32,000 nucleotides of DNA. Origin: Opitutia bacterium KCR 482 (lineage in GTDB: Bacteria; Verrucomicrobiota; Verrucomicrobiia; Opitutales; Intestinicryptomonadaceae). Position numbers and translations under genes: made by a program. The notes beneath the pieces are model-generated. The model was not told the origin of the DNA. It searched no databases and saw only the letters and a list, made by a program, of their open reading frames with translations. Location: assembly GCA_029269845.2 (NCBI GenBank), contig CP149973.1, positions 1,710,001 through 1,742,000 of the forward strand, given 5' to 3'. Shown piece after piece: positions 7,876 through 15,122 of this stretch; positions within the stretch are counted from its first letter, which is position 1, and each line of letters opens with the position of its first letter.

Positions 7876-10035
7876 ATGAAAAGGGGATTATTGCTATTAT
7901 TATCTATGTTGTCTATCGCGCTTTCGGCGTTTTCGAACGAAATTGCCGTCGCGACGAAAAATTCGAAAATCGCGCTCTTCCGCGAGTCGGACGGGCTTCT
8001 TAGCGTTCGCGGATACGGGGCTTTGGGAGACTCTTTCGAGCCGTTCAAAAAGACCGACGAGCTTGTCCAGCAGTTCCTGTTTTATCCGACCGCGGGCGAC
8101 GGCTTTCTCGGCGACGCCTCCTTGCAGGCGGAGCACTCCGACGGCGACGTCTCCACGCGCTTGGAGTTTGTAAAAGCCGATTCGCGCGTTTCCGACAAAG
8201 ACCCGAACGTTGAGGACACGACGATTTTTCTCAAAGACCCAGCGCACGAATTTTATGTGGAGCTGCATTTCCGCGCGTTCAAAAACGAGGACGTCATTCA
8301 GATTTGGTCGAAGATAACGAACCGCGAAAACGGCGGAGTGCGTCTGCGGAAGTTCGCGTCGGCTTCGCTGATGTTTTCGGCGAAGGAGTATTGGCTGACG
8401 CAATTTTCGGGAACGTATTTTCACGAGTCGGGGCTTTCCGAAGAGCGTTTGACGCGCGGGCGCAAGGTGCTTGAAAGCAATCTCGGCTCCCGCGCGCACA
8501 GAATGCTTGCGCCGATGTTCTTCGTCTCCGAAAACGCCGCTTCGCGCGAGGACGGCGGCAGGGTAATCGGCGGCGCGGTAATGTGGCCGGGGAGTTTCAA
8601 CATGCGCTTCGATTTGGATTCGACGGGCGTTCTCCGCGCGACCCTCGCCGCCGACAACATCGGGGGCGACTATTATCTCGCTTCGGGCGAGAGCATCGAG
8701 ACGCCGAAAACCGCGTGGTCGTTTTCCGAAAAGGGCAGGGCTGGTTTGACGCGCAACTTCCACAACTGGGCGCGGAAATATTCGCTCAGAAATCCCGAAA
8801 ATCCGCGTCCCGTGCTGCTGAACAACTGGGAGGCTACGCACATGAATTTCGACGAGGCGAAGCTCGTTTCGCTTTTCGAGCATTCGAAGGATTTGGGCGT
8901 AGATATATTCCTGCTCGACGACGGCTGGTTCGGGAAAAAGTATGTCCGCAATCGCGACAACAGCAGTCTCGGCGACTGGGTTGTCGCCGAGGGCAAGCTT
9001 CCGCACGGCATAGGCTTTCTCTGCGAAGAGGCGCAAAAGCGCGGAATGGGCTTCGGCATTTGGCTTGAACCCGAAATGATAAGCCCCAAGAGCGAGCTTT
9101 TCGAATCGCGCCCCGACTGGGCTTTGTGCTCTAAAAACCGCGGCTATGTGCTCGGACGCAACCAGCTTGTTCTCGACCTTTCCAACCCCGAAGTGAACGC
9201 GTTTATCGACGGAATTTTCGAGTCGGTCGTCCGCCCGAATCCGCTGAAATACGTCAAGTGGGACGCCAACTGCTGCATCTACCAGCCCGTGTCGGCGTAT
9301 CTGCCGCGCGGGAAAAAGGGCAACGCGATTTTCGACTACAACAAAAACCTTCTCGAACGCATGCGGCATTTTTCCGAATCGTTCCCGAACGTTGCGGCAA
9401 TGCTCTGTTCGGGCGGCGGCGGGCGCGTGGATTTTGCGTCGCTTGCGAACTTCGAATCGTTCTGGGCGAGCGACAACACTGTGCCTTCCGACCGCGTGAA
9501 AATCCAGTGGTTTTTCATGCACTTCTATCCGCAGAACGCGGTGTCGGCGCACATAACCAACATGGGACGCCAGCCGATGAAGTTCCGCACCGACGTCGCG
9601 ATGAGCGGCGCGCTCGGCTACGATATCGACGTTTCCAAGCTCTCGCCCGCCGACCGCGACTACATCAGGCGCAGCATCGCCCTCTACAAAAACACGGTGC
9701 GCCCGATAACTTCGAAAGGCGACTATTACAGGCTGAAATCGCCCTACGAGCACGCGCAGTCTGCGGCGATGACCGTGCTCGACGGAAAGGCGGTCGTCTT
9801 CGTCTACCAGACGAAAAACGACGAGTCCGACCAAACCGTGAAGTTGAAGGGGCTTGACCCGAACTCCGTATATTCCGTACGCGAAATCGGCATGTACGGG
9901 GCGGACGAAAAGTCCGCGCTACCGTCGGACGGCGCGAAAATTTCGGGAAAAAAACTGATGGAGGACGGACTTCTTGTGCCGACGAAAAAGCGTTGCGCAA
10001 GCATGCTGATATTGCTCGAAAAAGTCGCGGACTGA
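7876..10035 (+). CDS. secreted alpha-galactosidase, glycoside hydrolase family 36
   Basis: Long ORF. The start was chosen at MKRGLLLLLSMLSIALSAFS (signal peptide). GH36 hallmarks are present: LLNNWEATHMNFDE, DIFLLDDGWFGKKYVRNRDNSSLGDW, GMGFGIWLEPEMISPKSELF, YVKWDAN, SGGGGR. Confidence 0.92.
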   Translation: MKRGLLLLLSMLSIALSAFSNEIAVATKNSKIALFRESDGLLSVRGYGALGDSFEPFKKTDELVQQFLFYPTAGDGFLGDASLQAEHSDGDVSTRLEFVKADSRVSDKDPNVEDTTIFLKDPAHEFYVELHFRAFKNEDVIQIWSKITNRENGGVRLRKFASASLMFSAKEYWLTQFSGTYFHESGLSEERLTRGRKVLESNLGSRAHRMLAPMFFVSENAASREDGGRVIGGAVMWPGSFNMRFDLDSTGVLRATLAADNIGGDYYLASGESIETPKTAWSFSEKGRAGLTRNFHNWARKYSLRNPENPRPVLLNNWEATHMNFDEAKLVSLFEHSKDLGVDIFLLDDGWFGKKYVRNRDNSSLGDWVVAEGKLPHGIGFLCEEAQKRGMGFGIWLEPEMISPKSELFESRPDWALCSKNRGYVLGRNQLVLDLSNPEVNAFIDGIFESVVRPNPLKYVKWDANCCIYQPVSAYLPRGKKGNAIFDYNKNLLERMRHFSESFPNVAAMLCSGGGGRVDFASLANFESFWASDNTVPSDRVKIQWFFMHFYPQNAVSAHITNMGRQPMKFRTDVAMSGALGYDIDVSKLSPADRDYIRRSIALYKNTVRPITSKGDYYRLKSPYEHAQSAAMTVLDGKAVVFVYQTKNDESDQTVKLKGLDPNSVYSVREIGMYGADEKSALPSDGAKISGKKLMEDGLLVPTKKRCASMLILLEKVAD

Positions 10036-10054
10036 TTCTTTTAACCGCCCGCCC

Positions 10055-10168
10055 GCGTGTGCGTGTCGCCGCGCGACAAACGGCGTTTTGCGGAAATGCT
10101 TGCGGCGCGAATGCGCGGAGAATAGGGCGGGTTTCTCTTCCCGATTTTTCGGGTTGCGGCGGCGTCGG
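10055..10168. repeat. direct repeat, copy 2 (orphan duplicate of the bPH gene 3' end)
   Basis: See copy 1. It would encode ...VCVSPRDKRRFAEMLAARMRGE* with no gene body upstream. Confidence 0.9.
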
Positions 10169-10232
10169 TCGGCTTTTCGCGCGGAATTTGTAGACGGCAT
10201 TTCCGCAGCCGATTTTTTTGCGTTGCGGCGGC

Positions 10233-10270
10233 AAAAAAAGGACTCCCGCGTTTGCGGAGAGTCCTTTTTT
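10233..10270. terminator. bidirectional hairpin terminator
   Basis: AAAAAAAGGACTCCCGC-GTTT-GCGGAGAGTCCTTTTTT. Confidence 0.6.
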
Positions 10271-10282
10271 GTTTTGCGCTTT

Positions 10283-10560
10283 TGTTTTGAGGCGGAAGGT
10301 TTGAGGAAGTTTTAAAAAGTCTTAAATGGTCTTAAATGCCTTTAAAATTGGGCTGTTGTGGCGAAAATTGTCGCGCGGGGCGGTTTGAGGAAAGTTTTGG
10401 CGTTTTGGGCGGTTTTCCCCGCCAAAAATCAAGCGTTTGAGGAAAAATTCGGATTTTGTCGCGCGGCGGGTAGGTTGTGTTTTACGGAACGGTTGGCTCG
10501 GAAATTTTTGTCGCGGCGAGGGTGGCGTGCATCACGCGCAGGTTTGCTCGGAAGTTTTTT
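10283..10560. repeat. left-end array of transposase-binding-like motifs (attL-like)
   Basis: Degenerate copies of G(G/C)GTTTGAGGAA(A)(G/A)TTTT lie at ~10284, 10298, 10382 and 10433, with variants GGTTGGCTCGGAAATTTTT (10491) and GGTTTGCTCGGAAGTTTTTT (10541). TTGTCGCGCGG-type units lie at ~10367, 10456 and 10508. The motifs are mirrored at 27409-27456. Confidence 0.65.
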
Positions 10561-10580
10561 CGTGCGGGTTGCAAAATCGC

Positions 10581-10612
10581 AAAAAAAAAGAGGCGTTGCA
10601 ACTCGGTTGCAA
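10581..10612 (-). terminator. possible terminator of the leftward early operon
   Basis: On the minus strand, the hairpin TTGCAAC-CGA-GTTGCAA is followed by CGCCTC and a T9 run. Confidence 0.4.
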
Positions 10613-10637
10613 GCCCCTTGAAACGGCTTTGCGGAAT

Positions 10638-10868
10638 CTATTTTCTTTCGGTCAAAAATCCGCTGTTTATCAGGTCGGCGAGCGTGTCTTCGTTTGATGT
10701 CGTCCGAATTGTCGAGCCGTCGTATATTTTGCACCGTTCGGCGAGTTCGCGGACAAATGCGCCTAAATCGGCTTCGTGATTGTAGGACGAATTCCTTATG
10801 GCGTCGAGGACTTCGCGGGCGTTGTCGCCCGACACCGTGCCTCCTCCGCGCATTTCGTATGTTTTCAT
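10638..10868 (-). CDS. hypothetical phage protein (76 aa)
   Basis: The start was chosen at MKTYEMRGGG because AAGGAG lies 8 nt upstream. The longer 142-aa ORF overlaps the upstream amidoligase coding sequence (10873-11066). Confidence 0.5.
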   Translation of the reverse strand: MKTYEMRGGGTVSGDNAREVLDAIRNSSYNHEADLGAFVRELAERCKIYDGSTIRTTSNEDTLADLINSGFLTERK

Positions 10869-10872
10869 TTGG

Positions 10873-11804
10873 TTATCTCCTTCCGAATTTTTCTTTGCGT
10901 TGTTTGTAGAAATTTGCGAGTTCGTTGTCGAGCAGTTTTGCAAGGGCGCGTTCGCCGCCACTGTCGAGCCGTTCGCGCTTCGAGAAATCGACGAGCCTTG
11001 CGCAGAAAAGCAGCCAATTTCTGATTTTCCCGAATTCGACCGTGCCGCTGTGTTGGCGAAATTCAACCGTGCCGTGCCGCCAGTAGCTTTGGACGTTCAG
11101 CTTGAAATACCTGCTTCCGCCCGTAATCGAGCGGGCGAGCTGTTCGAGGTTGTGCGCGGAATCCATCTTTTCGCGCCAGTTTGAAACCTTCATCGACGCG
11201 CAATAGCGGTTGTTTCGGCGGCTCGGAGGCATAAAGGCGTCGATGTCGGCTTCGAGCGTCGCGTAGTTGGCGAAAAGGTTGCGCCAGACGGAAATGTCTT
11301 TCTTGAAGTCCTGTGTGCCGAAATGGGCGTGGAAGCCGCAGGATTTGTTGACCGTGGCGTTGACCTCTTCGAGGGCTTGTTAACTTCGGCGAGTCCGCGT
11401 TCGCCTTTCAGAACGGGGCTTACGAGCTCGTAGCCGCCGATTACGGACGCGTCAGAAACAATCTTCCAGTTTGTGCGCGTGGCGTGGTTGTAGCCCTCTA
11501 TTTCGCAGGCTACGCCTCTGCGCCTGATTGCGTTGCGCAGTTGCCGCTTGTTGCCGTGGACGATTTCGAGTTCTACGCCGAATGTCCTGTTGAAAACAAA
11601 ATCGCCCTCCGGTGAGAGAGGGCGATTGTTGAAGTATTTTGCGTAGACGTTTTGGACGAATCCGTAACCGACTCCCAACAGGAGGGCGACTTCCTTTCGG
11701 GTTTTGCCCTCGCGAAGAGCCTGCGCATTTTGTCCGATTTGGTCAGGTTTGAGTTGAGTATTTCGTCGATTTCCATTGCCGTTTTTGAATTGGTGCGTAC
11801 ACAC
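10873..11804 (-). pseudogene. amidoligase (Amidoligase_2 / GCS2-like) with N-terminal HTH, interrupted by a frameshift near 11376-11384
   Basis: Frame 1 reads ...GKTRKEVALLLGVGYGFVQNVY...FGVELEIVHG...WKIVSDASVIGGYELVSPVLKGERGLAEVNK. Frame 2 reads ALEEVNATVNKSCGFHAHFGTQDF...DAFMPPSRRNNRYC...GTVEFRQHSGTVEFGKIRNW. Joined, the two frames give a complete family pattern. Confidence 0.75.
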
Positions 11805-11823
11805 GCTCTACGGCGGAACGAAG

Positions 11824-12216
11824 TCAACTCTCTTCGGACATTTTTTTTATTTTTTTTCGGGCGGCGTGTTCGCCGTCGTCGGAAGGAGCGAATGGATAAT
11901 CTGGGTGGGTGGCGAACTCTATCATTGCCAGATTTGCGATGTCCACGAGGTGTTCGCGGTTGTGGTCTCTATTATATAGAGAGAGGCGTTTGGCAATAGA
12001 GCCGACGTTGTCGTATTGCGCTTTGCCGATTTGCGATTGAAGAGAACCGTAGCGGAAGTAGCCCATAATCATCCGATTTTTGCGGTATTGCTCGAACTGC
12101 GGGCAGGACTGGATTTTGGCGATTTCGTCGAGGCTCGGCGCGGGCGGAAGCGGGTCGAAGATGCCCGCTTGGGCGAGCAGTCGGTCGCGCAGGAAGTCGT
12201 GGGTGGTCTTAGGCAT
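11824..12216 (-). CDS. hypothetical phage protein (all-alpha; MazG/DUF550-like NTP-pyrophosphohydrolase fold is a weak guess)
   Basis: 130-aa ORF packed in the operon. The pattern YRKNRMIMGYFRYG......NREHLVDIANLAMIEF is only loosely reminiscent of that fold. Confidence 0.5.
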   Translation of the reverse strand: MPKTTHDFLRDRLLAQAGIFDPLPPAPSLDEIAKIQSCPQFEQYRKNRMIMGYFRYGSLQSQIGKAQYDNVGSIAKRLSLYNRDHNREHLVDIANLAMIEFATHPDYPFAPSDDGEHAARKKIKKMSEES

Positions 12217-12231
12217 AGCGGGCGAGCCTGA

Positions 12232-12786
12232 TTAGAATGGGCAGTTGTCGTCGTCGATTGCGGCGGCGGGGGTTGATGTGAATGTTTTGCCCGCCTTTTT
12301 GTAGGCGTAGAGGCGGGCCTTGCAGGTGTAGAAAAGCTGCATCATTTCGAACGCCAGCAGTCCGTTGCGCCAGTCGCGCGTGTGGAATTTGCCGAACGAA
12401 ATTGCCGCGATGTAGGCGGGCGGCATTTCGAGCTCGTCGATGAGGTGGGCGATGCGTCGCGTTTCGCCCTCCATATACATGGCGACGACTTTTTCGGGAT
12501 AGACGACGAGCGAGGACTGTTTGAGCAGCTCGCGCATCGCGCCGAGAACTACGTCGTAGTCGCCGTGTTTGAAGCTTTTATGCGACTTGCTTTCGCCTCC
12601 GAAAATCTGTTCGGTGATGTCTTTGCGCAGGGATTCGGTGTCGTCGGACGTAAGCCCGAACTTGCGTTTGATTTCAGCCCAGAGCCCCCAGTAGTAGGAC
12701 TCTTCGGGTGTCATCTTTCCGCCGCGCCGACGGCTTGCGGAACCTTTGCGGGCGCGTTGTGTAGGTTTTGCGAATGTTGCGGTCAT
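12232..12786 (-). CDS. Mu gp16/GemA-like protein (DUF1018-like)
   Basis: 184 aa. LWAEIKRKFGLTSDDTESLRKDITEQIFGGESKSHKSF..GDYDVVLGAMREL follows the GemA-type pattern (gl.dd.yR.ll....g..S...l....l..vl..m). The position downstream of the B-like gene fits. The start could be the internal Met25. Confidence 0.5.
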   Translation of the reverse strand: MTATFAKPTQRARKGSASRRRGGKMTPEESYYWGLWAEIKRKFGLTSDDTESLRKDITEQIFGGESKSHKSFKHGDYDVVLGAMRELLKQSSLVVYPEKVVAMYMEGETRRIAHLIDELEMPPAYIAAISFGKFHTRDWRNGLLAFEMMQLFYTCKARLYAYKKAGKTFTSTPAAAIDDDNCPF

Positions 12787-12788
12787 TG

Positions 12789-13257
12789 TTATTTTTGTTT
12801 GACGGTTTTGAATGAAAATACGGCGACGTTCGGGTTTTCGCCGCGATTTTTGGGGCTGAGCGACTCGAAGTATTTGAGGAAGTCGGCGACGTTATCGAAG
12901 CCCTCTTTGTTCGCATCCGCCTCCGAAATGCTCCTGAGCCGTTCGGCGCGGATGTCGGTAATTTCAAGTATAAGGCGCGAAAACTCGTGCGGCATAAACA
13001 TAGACGGTTTCCATTCGCCGCGATGTGCCCTGATTTCGCTTTCGGAACAGTCCGCCGCGTAAATCGGGCGGCCGTCGGCGACGCGGTATTTCTCGCGAAC
13101 CCAAAGCCAGTCGCCGACCGCCAAATGCAGGTATCGCGTTGAAAAACACGCGGCGCGTCATCGTCTTTTTGCCGGCGAGAATCGCCCGAACCATCGGGGC
13201 GGAAAACAAAATCGGGCGTTGCTTGAAAAGGTCGATTACCACAGTCATTGTTTTCAT
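12789..13257 (-). pseudogene. ASCH-domain protein, frameshifted at an A5/T5 run (13142-13146)
   Basis: The N-terminal frame reads MKTMTVVIDLFKQRPILFSAPMVRAILAGKKTMTRRVF. The C-terminal frame reads LAVGDWLWVREKY...WKPSMFMPHEFSRLILEITDIRAERLRSISEADANKEGF. Removing one T from GTTTTTC joins the two. Confidence 0.7.
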
Positions 13258-13418
13258 TTGATGTCCCTTTCGGCTTTGGAGATGGCGGTTGCGATTTGAA
13301 GGGAGATGATTGAGTTGAAAAACGCAATCCACGCGATGGCGGGTTCTTTTTCGAGGCAGGCGGCGACAAATGCCGCCGCCGAAAGTCCGAAGTTTAAGCA
13401 ATAGAGTCTCACCATCAT
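13254..13418 (-). CDS. small membrane protein (54 aa)
   Basis: MMVRLYCLNFGLSAAAFVAACLEKEPAIAWIAFFNSIISLQIATAISKAERDIK. GGAGAG lies 6 nt upstream of the ATG, and the stop overlaps the next ATG (ATGA). It is too short for the ORF track. Confidence 0.5.
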   Translation of the reverse strand: MMVRLYCLNFGLSAAAFVAACLEKEPAIAWIAFFNSIISLQIATAISKAERDIK

Positions 13419-13421
13419 CGT

Positions 13422-13653
13422 CTACTCTCCGATGGGCGTAGCTTGCGTAGTTGCCGATTTTGTGCTTTCGTCCTTCGCCGAGAAAAATCGACCAACCACC
13501 CACGTCGTTTTTCTCGATTCGGCAGGCGACGACAGCCGCGTTTGCGTGGTCGGGGAATGTTTCGTAGGCTACGCAGTCGGCGGGGAGCTGCGACATACGC
13601 AAACCTGCGAAAAAGTTTTCAATGCCGTTTAAAAGCTTCTCCAATTTTTGCAT
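13422..13653 (-). pseudogene. hypothetical early protein, probably frameshifted near the A5 run at 13483-13487
   Basis: The frame from the ATG (MQKLEKLLNGIENFF...GGWSIF) has no stop and runs through two downstream genes. The +1 frame ends ...SAKDESTKSATTQATPIGE* at 13422, just before the next start. Confidence 0.4.
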
Positions 13654-13654
13654 T

Positions 13655-13840
13655 TTAGTTGCGCCTCCACGGTTCGGATTCGAGCTGTTTGTTGAGCTTT
13701 TCGACGAGCTTCCGCGCCTCCGCCTCCGAATTAAAGAGAATCGGGAAGAACGGCTCGGTGTCGTTGCAGGCGGCGGCGACGAAGTACTTGCCGTCGCGGT
13801 TGCGGACGATTTTGAGGTCGATGTATTCTGCGGCCGGCAT
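13655..13840 (-). CDS. hypothetical phage protein (61 aa)
   Basis: The ORF is tightly packed: its stop lies 1 nt before the next ATG at 13653. Confidence 0.5.
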   Translation of the reverse strand: MPAAEYIDLKIVRNRDGKYFVAAACNDTEPFFPILFNSEAEARKLVEKLNKQLESEPWRRN

Positions 13841-13842
13841 TA

Positions 13843-14013
13843 TTAGTCCTCCACGTCTTCGGGGTGTTTGTAGGCGTCGAGCGCGACGGTAAGCGATATG
13901 AGCGTTGCCGTGGCGGTCTCGGAAACCGCTCCCGCGACGTACAATGCCGCCGCGACGGGTGCGCAGATTAGGCGTAGGAGAAGTTGAGCTATGAAGAGAA
14001 TTATGCGTTGCAT
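13843..14013 (-). CDS. small membrane protein (56 aa)
   Basis: MQRIILFIAQLLLRLICAPVAAALYVAGAVSETATATLISLTVALDAYKHPEDVED. Its ATG is embedded in the last codons of the B-like gene. The upstream remainder of the 296-aa ORF is an alternate-frame artefact. Confidence 0.5.
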   Translation of the reverse strand: MQRIILFIAQLLLRLICAPVAAALYVAGAVSETATATLISLTVALDAYKHPEDVED

Positions 14014-15104
14014 ACGAGAGCCTTTCTTGTGTTGTCGATTGTTTTCAAAATGGTTGCGTCGGAGGTCGGCAGAGCGTCGAAAAAGTCGTCGGTCGTGATT
14101 TCGCGCTTGGCGGCTATGGCAAGCCGCGCGGCGTTTTGGAGCGCATTTAGCACCACGCGCAACCGCCCTTTCTGCGCGGCGAGTTTGCGCATAATCGGCA
14201 GCATTGCCCTGCGCTGTGCGGCGTCGCGGAAGCCCGTCGCCTTGGCAAATGCGTTCAGGTCGGAATCGCTCGGTCGGTCGGGCAGGAACAAAATCGAGTC
14301 CTCGCCGCCCGCGCGGCCGACGAGCTGTTCGAAGTAGCCCGCGTCTTTGCCGAACACAACGCGTCGCAGCGAGTTTTCGCCCATGGCTTCGTCGACGAAA
14401 ATCAGGACGATGGAGCACTTGGTGGCGTCCTGTAAGGCCTGCAAAAAGCCGAAGAGCGGCTGGTTGAGCTTCTTTCTGGGGTCGTACATCCGCTGCGCGT
14501 TGTCGAAGATGAAGCAGTTGCGGGGTTTTACGTTTTTGACGATTTCGCGGCGGAGTCTCGCTCCCGAAAAGTCGGCGCGGCAGCTCGGCACGACTTCGCC
14601 GATAATCATCGAAAGTTCGCAGACGCTCGGCACTGTCGGGCTTTCGAGGTAGTAGACATCGGGGTGCGTCAGGGCGTAGAACCGCGCGGCGTAGGTTTTC
14701 TGCGCGCCCGTCGTGCCGCAGACCATCAGCCATTTGCAGACGTTGGTTTCGGGGCGGATTGCGTCGATTGCGTCGCGCATTTCGCGGACGGTCTCGGTCT
14801 CGACGTGCGGGATTGCGCCGCCGATTGTGCCGCCCTCGGCGATGCGTTTTGCGTCGCCCGCGATTTCGGCGAGCTTGTCCATATCGACCTGAAACTTGCC
14901 GAGTTTTTTATTGAACCGCCGCCCCGAGAAGAGCTGGTAGAACCAGTCTTTGGAGTAGCGGAACTTGCCGTCGAACTGGGCGGCGATGCGCTGTTCGCTG
15001 CCGTCGCAGTGGGTGTTGCAGAACTCCGCGAGGGTGAGCACGTGCGTCTGCGCCTCGGCGGGGTAGTCTTTGATTGCGTTTTTGATTTCGTCTATGTTTT
15101 TCAT
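14001..15104 (-). CDS. MuB-like AAA+ DNA transposition protein (Walker motifs non-canonical)
   Basis: 367 aa, immediately downstream of the transposase. P-loop region VCGTTGAQKT, Walker-B region NCFIFDNAQ, and later IVLIFVDEA. Confidence 0.75.
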   Translation of the reverse strand: MKNIDEIKNAIKDYPAEAQTHVLTLAEFCNTHCDGSEQRIAAQFDGKFRYSKDWFYQLFSGRRFNKKLGKFQVDMDKLAEIAGDAKRIAEGGTIGGAIPHVETETVREMRDAIDAIRPETNVCKWLMVCGTTGAQKTYAARFYALTHPDVYYLESPTVPSVCELSMIIGEVVPSCRADFSGARLRREIVKNVKPRNCFIFDNAQRMYDPRKKLNQPLFGFLQALQDATKCSIVLIFVDEAMGENSLRRVVFGKDAGYFEQLVGRAGGEDSILFLPDRPSDSDLNAFAKATGFRDAAQRRAMLPIMRKLAAQKGRLRVVLNALQNAARLAIAAKREITTDDFFDALPTSDATILKTIDNTRKALVCNA

Positions 15105-15122
15105 ACTGCTTTTTGTTTTGGA

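Noticed and set aside
7900-9834. 644-aa minus-strand ORF
   Set aside because: It is antisense to the well-supported GH36 gene. Its Arg/Ala/Val/Gly-rich low-complexity translation is typical of shadow ORFs in GC-rich DNA, and it has no recognisable motifs.
10283-10560. Repeat array considered as a CRISPR array
   Set aside because: The units are degenerate and irregularly spaced (15-90 bp), with no conserved repeat length or cas genes. The same motif occurs inverted at the other end of the prophage, which fits transposase-binding sites instead.
13843-14733. 296-aa minus-strand ORF read as one gene
   Set aside because: Its first ~240 residues are an alternate frame of the MuB-like gene (Arg/Pro-rich). 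Only the last 56 codons (13843-14013), which have their own ATG, look like a real small membrane protein.
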